DNA from: an uncultured Gemmatimonadaceae bacterium
GTDB taxonomy: Bacteria; Gemmatimonadota; Gemmatimonadetes; Gemmatimonadales; Gemmatimonadaceae
Length of the DNA stretch: 64,000 bases
Direction: 5' to 3'
Assembly: GCA_963761305.1 (NCBI GenBank)
Contig: CAVXGK010000002.1
Span: 64,001-128,000, forward strand
The notes below the pieces were generated by a model. The model worked only from the letters and a program-made list of their open reading frames with translations, was not told where the DNA came from and did no database searches. The position numbers were made by a program, and so were the translations under genes. Of this stretch, positions 47,918-59,659 are shown in pieces. Every line of letters begins with the position of its first letter. The first letter of the stretch is position 1.

Positions 47918-49842
47918 AGCTCGACCCGGGTTCCGAGTTCGACGACACGATTGGCCGGAATGCCGAAGTAGAGCGTCGCGCTGCGTTCGTTTCGCTTGAG
48001 CAGCCGAAAGAGTCTGACGCGCCACCGAAACATGCGGCCGGCGTCGGCGGTCGACGGTGGAACGACCGTGACTCGCCCGAGGAAATAGGTCGTGCGATTG
48101 GGATCGTTGGGAATCGGCGGACCATCGCCGGCGGCAGAAATCGCGGTTGCCCGCTCCATGATCTCGGGAACGTCCGTCTTCTGCATGAACCCGGAGTGCG
48201 CGACGACCGTGTGGAACCCGAGGGACAACGCACGGTGGTCGACGCGTCGCTCTCTGCTGACGCGTGGAACGTCCTCGGTCACGAGGGTGAGCAGCACGAC
48301 CGTCTCGTGCAGAACCTGGTTGTGTTTGAGATGATGCAGCAAGACGAGCGGCACGGCATCGGTGTCGGGGGAAAGAAAGACGCCGATGCCTCGCACCCGA
48401 TGGGGCGGATTGAGCGAGAGGCTCGTGAGAAAATCCGGAATCGGCAACCCGCGATCGCGCGTCGCGCGCGTGAGCATCTGCTGGCCGGTGTACCACGTGG
48501 ACATCGCGACGAAGACGACGGCGCCGATCACGACCGGAAGCCAACCGCCGTCGACGAACTTGAACGCGTTCGCCACCACGAACGCCACGTCCGCGACGAG
48601 AAATCCGCCCGCGACGGCGGCGACTTGCCATCGCGGCCACTGGAAGCGAACGCGCGCCACCGCCGCGAAGAGAATCGTCGTGATGGCCATCGTCGCCGAC
48701 ACGGCGAGCCCGAACGCCGCCGCGAGGCGATCCGACGACCGAAAGACGAGCACGATCGCGACCGTCGCGACGAGCAGCATCCAGTTGAGACCGGGGAGGT
48801 ACACCTGACCGATCGCGGAACCCGACGTGTGGACGACGTGCACGCGCGGCGAAAATCCGAGTTGGGCGGCTTGGCTCGTAAGCGAAAAAACGGCGGCGAT
48901 GAGTGCCTGTGAGGCGATGATCGTGGCAGCCGTCGCCAGAACGACCATCGGATAGAGAGCCCAGTCCGGCACCATCGAGTAGAACGGACGACTGGCGGCT
49001 TCGGGATGCTGGAGGAGAAGCGCCGCCTGACCCAGATAGCTGAGCGTCAGCGCCGGCAGCGCCAATGAATACCATGCAACGCGAATCGGTCGCGGGCCGA
49101 AGTGGCCCATGTCGGCGTACAACGCCTCGCCGCCGGTGAGGCAGAGCACCACCGCGCCGAGCGCGAGAAATCCGCGCGAGCCCGTGTGGGCGAAGAATCG
49201 GATGGCGTACAGCGGGTTGATCGCGACGAGGGCGCGGGGATTCTGTGCGAGCGAGTGAACTCCCAGCACGGCGATCACCACAAACCACAGCCCAAGAACG
49301 GGCCCGAACACGACGCCGACTCTCCCCGATCCGCGATGTTGTACCGCGAACAATCCGATGAGAATCACGATGGTCAGCGGCACGACGTACGGCTGAAAGG
49401 CCGGCGTCGCCACCTGGAGACCTTCGACCGCGCTCAGCACTGAAATGGCGGGCGTGATGATGCCGTCGCCGTACAGCATCGCCGTTCCAAGCAGACCCAG
49501 CCCGATGAACAGCGTCGCGCGACGCAGTGGTGTCGCGCGTTCGCCGAGCAGCAACGCCAGCAGCGCCAGGATTCCGCCCTCGCCGCGATTTCCGGTCCGC
49601 ATCAGGATCGCGACGTACTTGATGCTGACCATCAAGGCCAGCGCCCACAGGAACAACGACGCGATTCCTAGGACGTTCTCGGCGTTGGGTGCGACCCCGC
49701 GGCCAGGGTGAAACGCTTCCTGCAGCGCGTACAACGGACTCGTGCCGAGATCGCCGAAGACGACGCCGAGTGCGGTGAGCGCGAGCAATCCTAACGCCGC
49801 CCCCGTCGGGGCGCGCCTGTCGGTCGTGGTCGCGTAACTCAC
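47914..49842 (-). CDS. kup: KUP/HAK/KT potassium uptake permease (copy B)
   Basis: Same Kup signature motifs; collinear with copy A. Confidence 0.95.
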   Translation of the reverse strand: MSYATTTDRRAPTGAALGLLALTALGVVFGDLGTSPLYALQEAFHPGRGVAPNAENVLGIASLFLWALALMVSIKYVAILMRTGNRGEGGILALLALLLGERATPLRRATLFIGLGLLGTAMLYGDGIITPAISVLSAVEGLQVATPAFQPYVVPLTIVILIGLFAVQHRGSGRVGVVFGPVLGLWFVVIAVLGVHSLAQNPRALVAINPLYAIRFFAHTGSRGFLALGAVVLCLTGGEALYADMGHFGPRPIRVAWYSLALPALTLSYLGQAALLLQHPEAASRPFYSMVPDWALYPMVVLATAATIIASQALIAAVFSLTSQAAQLGFSPRVHVVHTSGSAIGQVYLPGLNWMLLVATVAIVLVFRSSDRLAAAFGLAVSATMAITTILFAAVARVRFQWPRWQVAAVAGGFLVADVAFVVANAFKFVDGGWLPVVIGAVVFVAMSTWYTGQQMLTRATRDRGLPIPDFLTSLSLNPPHRVRGIGVFLSPDTDAVPLVLLHHLKHNQVLHETVVLLTLVTEDVPRVSRERRVDHRALSLGFHTVVAHSGFMQKTDVPEIMERATAISAAGDGPPIPNDPNRTTYFLGRVTVVPPSTADAGRMFRWRVRLFRLLKRNERSATLYFGIPANRVVELGTRVEL

Positions 49843-49873
49843 GGCGCGCTGCGTCGCCGCTCTCGAGAATCGA

Positions 49874-51232
49874 TTACAGCTTGACCAACAGCGCGAAATT
49901 CAGCCGCGTCTCGGCCCGCAGCAGGTCCGGGAAGAATCCAGCGACGATGGACCCGGGCAGCCCCTGATTGCCACCGATCGGTGTGACACCGCCCGGTCCG
50001 GAGAAGTACGGCACGTTCGACTCGCGGTGATCGACCTCGACGCGGAACGTGGTGAACTGATCCGGCATGTAGTCGAACGTGAGCGAGAGGTCCCATGCCT
50101 TGAACACGTCGCCCGGATTCTCGGTGAAGTACGGCGTCCCCGAGAACGCGGTGGCGCCGTTGATCGGCGGCAGCAGCACGAGATATCGGCCCGGGTTGTC
50201 CATGGCACCGCCACCGAGGGTGAGGCCAAAATGATCGTGCGCAAACCAGGCGCGGTCATAGAGCATGTATCCGAGGAAATTCTGTCGCGGGTTGTTCAGC
50301 GCCCCGCCGCAGCTGACTCCGGCGCCGCTCTCGCACCCGGCGTCGGCCGTGAGCGAGAACGCGGCTTTGTCGAAGGCCTTCGTGCTATCGTCGTAATACT
50401 TGATCTCGAGACTGTTGTCCGTGTGAATGCGCCGCCGCTGCGGAACGCCGAGCAAGTCGTGCCCGTAGTAGTCGTTCGTGAGCATCGAGACCGCGCCGTT
50501 CGGCCGATACAGGATTTGCGCGCCCACACCCGGACTCGAGTTGAACATGCCGTACGACTGCCAGCCGTTGATCAGCCAAGGCTCGATCTTGAGATGCTCG
50601 GTCGGAAAGAACTGCGTGCGGATCCCGGTGAAGAACCACGGCGTGTTCGACGACACATACGAGGGCTGATACGACCAATTGTCGAAGTTGTAATAGCTGA
50701 AGAGGCCGACGTACGACAAGAAGATGCCGGCGTCGAGATTGATGCCGTTCATGACGTTCCAGTGCCGTCCGCCGTAGGCTTCCGACAGGTATCGATAGGC
50801 GTTGTCGAGTTGCCATTGGCCGCGCCCCGGGCTGGCATCGTTGCGCGGCGTCATCGTGGAGTACATGCCGAACTGCGTCATCAGACGCCCGCGCACGAAC
50901 CCACAATGAAAGTCGCCGCCGATACCGAGCTGTTGGACCTGCAATTCGCTCGTGCGCCCGGACTCCGATGTGCCGACGAGCGTGTGGTCCGACGGATTGT
51001 TGAAGTCTCTGATGAAACTCGCGTCGGCGCGAAACTCGCCCGTGAAGTAGGAGGTGCTGATCGGCGAGTCCGTCGTTCGCGGGTTGCCGTTGAGCCACGT
51101 GAAGTCGCCAAACGAGAACGGATCGGGCTTTTTGCCGGTGGTGTCGGTGCCGCACCCCGCCTGCGCACCAGCCACAGAGCCCACGAGCTGGAGACTCGCG
51201 CCGAGCGCGAGAACAGCCGGGAGTCTTTTCAT
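49874..51232 (-). CDS. Outer membrane beta-barrel protein (putative porin, BBP2-like)
   Basis: Signal peptide; Gly/aromatic-rich beta strands; SEAY, DAGIFLSYVG, SSNTPWFFTG; overlaps the kdpC stop. Confidence 0.75.
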   Translation of the reverse strand: MKRLPAVLALGASLQLVGSVAGAQAGCGTDTTGKKPDPFSFGDFTWLNGNPRTTDSPISTSYFTGEFRADASFIRDFNNPSDHTLVGTSESGRTSELQVQQLGIGGDFHCGFVRGRLMTQFGMYSTMTPRNDASPGRGQWQLDNAYRYLSEAYGGRHWNVMNGINLDAGIFLSYVGLFSYYNFDNWSYQPSYVSSNTPWFFTGIRTQFFPTEHLKIEPWLINGWQSYGMFNSSPGVGAQILYRPNGAVSMLTNDYYGHDLLGVPQRRRIHTDNSLEIKYYDDSTKAFDKAAFSLTADAGCESGAGVSCGGALNNPRQNFLGYMLYDRAWFAHDHFGLTLGGGAMDNPGRYLVLLPPINGATAFSGTPYFTENPGDVFKAWDLSLTFDYMPDQFTTFRVEVDHRESNVPYFSGPGGVTPIGGNQGLPGSIVAGFFPDLLRAETRLNFALLVKL

Positions 51233-51810
51233 TTCTTGAATGCGCTGTCGAGCGCGATGTTGAGGAGGAGGACGTTGACGCGGGCTTCACCGAAGAAGCC
51301 GAACTGGCGGCCCTCGACGTGTGAGTCGACCAGCGCGCGGACTCTCGCCGAGTCCGCGCCGCGCGCGCGCACCACGCGCGCGACCTGCAGATAGGCGTTC
51401 GCCGGCGAGATGTGCGGGTCCAATCCCGAGGCCGACGACGTCACCATGTCGGCCGGAATCGCGCCCTTCACGGCGCCGTCGTTCTTGATGGCGCTGTCCA
51501 CCGCCTGGGCGATCAGCGTGTCCGCGAGCTTGTCATCCGTCGGGCCCTTGTTCGTGCCCGAGGAGGCGGTGGCATCGTACCCGTTGCCGGCCGCCGAGGG
51601 CCGCCCGTGGAAGTACTCCGGCCTGGTGAACGGCTGGCCGATCAGCGCACTGCCGACGACGCGCCCATTCACCGAGACGAGCGAGCCATTGGCCTGCCGC
51701 GGGAAGAGCATCTGCGCGAGCCCCGTCACGACGCCCGGATAGATCACGCCGGTGATGACGCAGAGCACCAGCGTCATCGCAATCGCGGGCCACAGTTGTT
51801 TGCGGAGCAT
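51229..51810 (-). CDS. kdpC: K+-transporting ATPase subunit C
   Basis: QANGSL, SALIGQPF, YFHGRPSA, SASGLDPHIS, VNVLLLN. Confidence 0.97.
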   Translation of the reverse strand: MLRKQLWPAIAMTLVLCVITGVIYPGVVTGLAQMLFPRQANGSLVSVNGRVVGSALIGQPFTRPEYFHGRPSAAGNGYDATASSGTNKGPTDDKLADTLIAQAVDSAIKNDGAVKGAIPADMVTSSASGLDPHISPANAYLQVARVVRARGADSARVRALVDSHVEGRQFGFFGEARVNVLLLNIALDSAFKK

Positions 51811-51815
51811 CGTCG

Positions 51816-53984
<2,169 letters not shown>

Positions 53985-53986
53985 GG

Positions 53987-55702
<1,716 letters not shown>

Positions 55703-55719
55703 TGGGGGGGACGCGACGG

Positions 55720-55809
55720 TCAGAACTTTTCGGGACGAAGCAGGGTGTACACGAGGTACACGAGAATGGCGACCGCCAGGATGCCGGCGATCCAGCTTTC
55801 GATGGTCAT
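55720..55809 (-). CDS. kdpF: K+-transporting ATPase subunit F
   Basis: [29 protein letters not shown] with the YL.Y.L.RPEKF signature; GAGGAGG upstream. Confidence 0.92.
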   Translation of the reverse strand: MTIESWIAGILAVAILVYLVYTLLRPEKF

Positions 55810-55931
55810 CGCACGTCCTCCTCGACGCGCTCGACGTCGGCGGTGCGCCCCAGACGGTCGCAACCAGCCACGTACGCGATCATCAGGGCGAAGAACACAA
55901 CCGTTCCGATGACGTAGATGAAATCCATCAT
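55806..55931 (-). CDS. Small hydrophobic kdp-associated peptide (41 aa)
   Basis: Read manually: [44 protein letters not shown] overlaps the kdpF ATG. Confidence 0.75.
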   Translation of the reverse strand: MMDFIYVIGTVVFFALMIAYVAGCDRLGRTADVERVEEDVR

Positions 55932-56018
55932 GAGATATCTGCCCGAACAGGCATGGCCCGCTCACGAGTATGACCGCAACTGCGATCCGCGCATCCAGGC
56001 GCAAAGGCTACGGGCTCA

Positions 56019-56077
56019 GGCACAAAGGCCGCACAAAAAAAGCCGGGCGCTGTCATAAAAAGACCGCAAAAACCGCC
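56019..56077 (-). promoter_or_regulatory. Putative KdpE operator upstream of the kdp operon
   Basis: GGCGGTTTTTGCGGTCTTTTTATGACAGCGCCCGGCTTTTTTTGTGCGGCCTTTGTGCC: T-tract boxes paired at 11-bp spacing. Confidence 0.65.
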
Positions 56078-56208
56078 ATCAACCGGGTCCACAGCCGTCT
56101 CGTCAGGCTCGTGCGTGGCGGCAAGATGGAGCAGCGCCTGCAAGCTGTCTGCCAGGGTTTGAGACGCACGTTGTAGGTTGCAGCCTGACGCCGCAGTGCC
56201 TCAGCGCG

Positions 56209-57879
56209 CTACCCTGCCGCGTTCAGTGCGTCGATGTCGGCCGCCGGCAGCTCGAGCGTGAAAATCGATCCGCCGCCGGAGCGCGGTGAGTAGCGCACAA
56301 CGCCGCCCTCGGCCTCGGCGAGCCCGCGCGCGATCGACAGTCCCAGCCCGTGACCGCGGACGTCCGGGGGCACGCCCGGCGGTCTATAAAAAGGCTCGAA
56401 TATTCGGTCGTGTTCTCCGGGAGGAACGCCGAGCCCGCGGTCCATGACTTCGATGTCGATTCGATCACCGCGCCGTCGGACGCGGACGTCGATGGGAGTA
56501 TCGGTCGGGGAATATTTGGCGGCGTTGTCGAGGAGATTGACAACGATGCGCAGCGTCTGCGTGAGGTCGAACACGCCGGCGAGGAGCGCGTCGCTTGGCG
56601 CGTCGATCTCGACGCGGCGTCCGCGGAGAATTCCCTCGGCGCTGCGCAGCGCGGCCCCGAGCAGATCGTCGACCGTGTTCACGGCGAGCGCCGGCCGTAC
56701 GGCGCCTGCATGAATGCGCGAGAGGTCGAGCAAATCGTTCACCAGCGCGTTCATGCGATCCGCTTCCGCTTCGATGACGGCGGCGCGTTCCGCGTCGGCG
56801 CCGCCAAGAATCTCGTGGGCGACGCCCTTGATCGTCGTGAGCGGCGTGCGAAGGTCGTGTGATACGGCCGTGAGGAGCGCGCTCCGAAGACTCTCGACCC
56901 GTCGTTCGGCCTCGGCGCGCTCCGCCGCGGCGACGAGTCGGGCGCGCTCGGCGCCGAGCGCCGCGTAATAGGCGAGGGCGACGAGCAGGCGGCCTTGCTC
57001 TGGAGTGAGCAAGAGCTCGTCGGCCGCGGCGACCCGTAGCACGCCGACGGTCCGCTGCCGCACGCGCAACGGGAGCGCGAGCGCGCGTACCTCTGGCGCG
57101 CCGGAAGCGGCCACCGATCCGTCGCGGCGCATTCGTTGGCGAAACGAGTCGAGGGCGGTGCGGTCTCCGGTGCGAGTGACGGCACGCACGGCGGCGACGG
57201 TCTCCGGCTGCGCCTCCCATCGCTGTCCGGCATGCGCGTCGACGTGCGGCAGCTCGTGGGCCACGCGCACCGTGCCGTCGGCCAGCTCGACCGCGCTCGC
57301 GCCGTGCTCGAGAATCCATTCGACGAGGCTCCCGCGCTTGACTCGACCGCCCACGTCGTGGAGGTAGATCTCGCAGTCGTCGGCGTGCACCGATTGGCGA
57401 ATCACGTCGGCGATCGCGCACAATGCTTCGTCGGCGTCCGCCGCGTTGAGCGTCTCCGCGCCCAGCGCCGCGAGTCGGTCCACCTCGATCGCGCGCGCCG
57501 TCGCCTCCTCGGCCGTCGCTGTCGCGCGGTAGAGCAGTTGCGCCGCGACGACGCTCGTCACGAGAAACGCGACCAGCACGAGCCAGTCGAGCGGATTCTG
57601 AATGACGAGCGTGAGATAGGGAACGAGAAAGAAGAAATCGAAACACAGAAAGGCGACGGCGGCGACGGTCAATCCGAGTACGCGTCCGCCGGCCGCGCTC
57701 GCGGCCAGGACGATGAGCAGATACACGAGCGCGACGTGCGCCTTGTCGAGATGGGCGCGAACGAGGTACATGCCGATGGTCGCCGCGGCGAGCACGGCCA
57801 GCGTCAGCGCCCAGCGCGCCGCGACGCGCGCGCGCCCGGATCGGGCGAGGGCGGGCTGGGCCGTCTCGAGCGTCGTCAC
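56209..57879 (-). CDS. kdpD: KdpD-like membrane sensor histidine kinase lacking the N-terminal KdpD/USP domains
   Basis: 4-TM DUF4118-like region (DFFFLVPY), GAF-like region, SHDLRTPL, NLLDNAAKY, DRGLG, GLGLSI. Confidence 0.88.
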   Translation of the reverse strand: MTTLETAQPALARSGRARVAARWALTLAVLAAATIGMYLVRAHLDKAHVALVYLLIVLAASAAGGRVLGLTVAAVAFLCFDFFFLVPYLTLVIQNPLDWLVLVAFLVTSVVAAQLLYRATATAEEATARAIEVDRLAALGAETLNAADADEALCAIADVIRQSVHADDCEIYLHDVGGRVKRGSLVEWILEHGASAVELADGTVRVAHELPHVDAHAGQRWEAQPETVAAVRAVTRTGDRTALDSFRQRMRRDGSVAASGAPEVRALALPLRVRQRTVGVLRVAAADELLLTPEQGRLLVALAYYAALGAERARLVAAAERAEAERRVESLRSALLTAVSHDLRTPLTTIKGVAHEILGGADAERAAVIEAEADRMNALVNDLLDLSRIHAGAVRPALAVNTVDDLLGAALRSAEGILRGRRVEIDAPSDALLAGVFDLTQTLRIVVNLLDNAAKYSPTDTPIDVRVRRRGDRIDIEVMDRGLGVPPGEHDRIFEPFYRPPGVPPDVRGHGLGLSIARGLAEAEGGVVRYSPRSGGGSIFTLELPAADIDALNAAG

Positions 57880-58646
57880 ACCGCTTCACCGTCCGGTTCG
57901 AATCGGTAGCCGACGCCGGGTTCGGTGTGAATGAATCGCGGGCGCATCGGATCCTCCTCGACCTTGCGGCGCAGGTGGCCGACGTACACGCGAAGATACT
58001 GCTGAGCGTCGCCCGACGCGTTCCCCCACACGTCGCGGAACAGTTGTTGATGCGTGAGCGTCTGGCGGGGATGCGCCATGAACGTACGAAGCAACGCCCA
58101 CTCGGTGGGCGTCAAATGGATCGCCGTCCCCTGTCGCTCGACGCGGCGACGCTGCGGATCGACGCTGACGTCGCCGAACGTCACGCGCGACGGAATCCCG
58201 GCGCTCGTCGGCGTTCCCGGCTGCGCGGCACGGGCGCGCCGAAACTGCGCGCGCACTCGCGCCATGAGCTCGACGCTGCTGAACGGCTTGGTCACGTAGT
58301 CGTCGGCGCCCGCGTCGAGCAGCGCCACCTTTTCGGTCTCCAGGTGCCTGGCCGAGAGCACGATGATCGGCGCGCTCGACCAACGGCGAATCTCGCGGCA
58401 TACCTCGATGCCCTCCATGTCCGGAAGGCCCAGATCGAGGATCACGAGCGCCGGCTGCTCACCGGCGGCGAGGTCGATGCCGTCTTGGCCGTTGGCTGCT
58501 TCGACGATGCGGAGTGCGGGCGCCGGCGAGGCGTCCTTCGGCGCCGACGCGGCCAGCGTGGGATCGCCGTTCAATGCATTGCGCACGAGCCGCCTGATCT
58601 GCGGTTCGTCGTCGATGACGAGGATCGTGAGCGAGGGGTCGGACAC
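57876..58646 (-). CDS. kdpE: KdpE response regulator (OmpR family)
   Basis: VIDDEPQIRR, LDLGLPDMEG, GADDYVTKPF, YLRVYVGHLRRK, TEPGVGYRF. Confidence 0.93.
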   Translation of the reverse strand: MSDPSLTILVIDDEPQIRRLVRNALNGDPTLAASAPKDASPAPALRIVEAANGQDGIDLAAGEQPALVILDLGLPDMEGIEVCREIRRWSSAPIIVLSARHLETEKVALLDAGADDYVTKPFSSVELMARVRAQFRRARAAQPGTPTSAGIPSRVTFGDVSVDPQRRRVERQGTAIHLTPTEWALLRTFMAHPRQTLTHQQLFRDVWGNASGDAQQYLRVYVGHLRRKVEEDPMRPRFIHTEPGVGYRFEPDGEAV

Positions 58647-58690
58647 GATCGAATGATGCACGCGCCGGGGTTTGCGTGCGCGCCGCACCG

Positions 58691-58749
58691 GGCCGCTTTT
58701 ATCACCTTTTTATGGCCGTCGCCGCGTTTGTTTGTGCAGCGTTTATGGG
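58691..58749 (+). promoter_or_regulatory. Second copy of the putative KdpE operator
   Basis: GGCCGCTTTTATCACCTTTTTATGGCCGTCGCCGCGTTTGTTTGTGCAGCGTTTATGGG aligns without gaps to 56019-56077. Confidence 0.6.
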
Positions 58750-58794
58750 CTGGATCGTAGCTTCGAGACAGTTCTTCAACGCGCAGTGAAATCG

Positions 58795-59496
58795 ATGCTC
58801 GCCTCTGTGTTCATTCCAGTCTCGGTGACCGGAATCGCCGCCTTCGTGGCCGGCGGTGGTGTCGGCGCGTCGCTCACGCGCGTGGCCGGCATCCGTGGCG
58901 CCGGCGTCCGCGACGCTCTCAGGTCGATCGTCTCGCGATTTCAATCGACGTCGAGTGACGCGGCGACGGCTCCGGGTGCGGCGCGCGCGAGCACGCCGCC
59001 GCTGGTCGCCGGTGACAGCGTATTGCCGCTGCGCCGTGTACGGACTGGTCGCCTTCCGCTCCCGCAACGCGTCACGCACCTCACGCCCGACGACGAGCCC
59101 GCGCTCGGACCGGTCAACGAGTTCGCCGATCACCTGGCCGATTTCCCGGTCGACGAGTGGCTGGCGATTGGTCGTGGCCTTTTGACCGACCGAGACCATC
59201 ACGCGTCGCGCGCGATGTCATACGCCACGCTCGAATCGACGATCAACGATCGTGGACTGGCGATCGCCGCGTGGTACGTGCGGGACGCAGTCGAGACCTC
59301 GGCGTACTACGCCACGCACTCGACTCGATACTGGAACTCGAGCGGCCGTCGCGCGTTCGCGGCGGCACACGGGGCGGCGGAAGAGGCGGCGCTCGCGTTG
59401 CTCGCGCGCGAGTCCTTGCCCGCCGAGGACTTCGAGCTCCTGAGCGCCCCGTACGTCCGGCTGATCAATCGCGCGAGCGTTCGCAGGCAAGCGTAG
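58795..59496 (+). CDS. Hypothetical protein with N-terminal TM and helical C-domain
   Basis: 233-aa ORF divergent from kdpE with coding-like composition. Confidence 0.65.
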   Translation: MLASVFIPVSVTGIAAFVAGGGVGASLTRVAGIRGAGVRDALRSIVSRFQSTSSDAATAPGAARASTPPLVAGDSVLPLRRVRTGRLPLPQRVTHLTPDDEPALGPVNEFADHLADFPVDEWLAIGRGLLTDRDHHASRAMSYATLESTINDRGLAIAAWYVRDAVETSAYYATHSTRYWNSSGRRAFAAAHGAAEEAALALLARESLPAEDFELLSAPYVRLINRASVRRQA

Positions 59497-59659
59497 GGGA
59501 GAGCGGCGCGCCGGTTGGCTGGCTTCCGGCGCCCGCGGGGAAGGGGCTCTTCCCAACACCCCGCAGCGGCGTAGCGTTGCCGCCCGTAGATCCTGTCAGG
59601 AACGCTGCCCCTGCGCGCTCCCCCCAAGCGTCGGACCCCTCGCCACAGGCCCCTCATTT

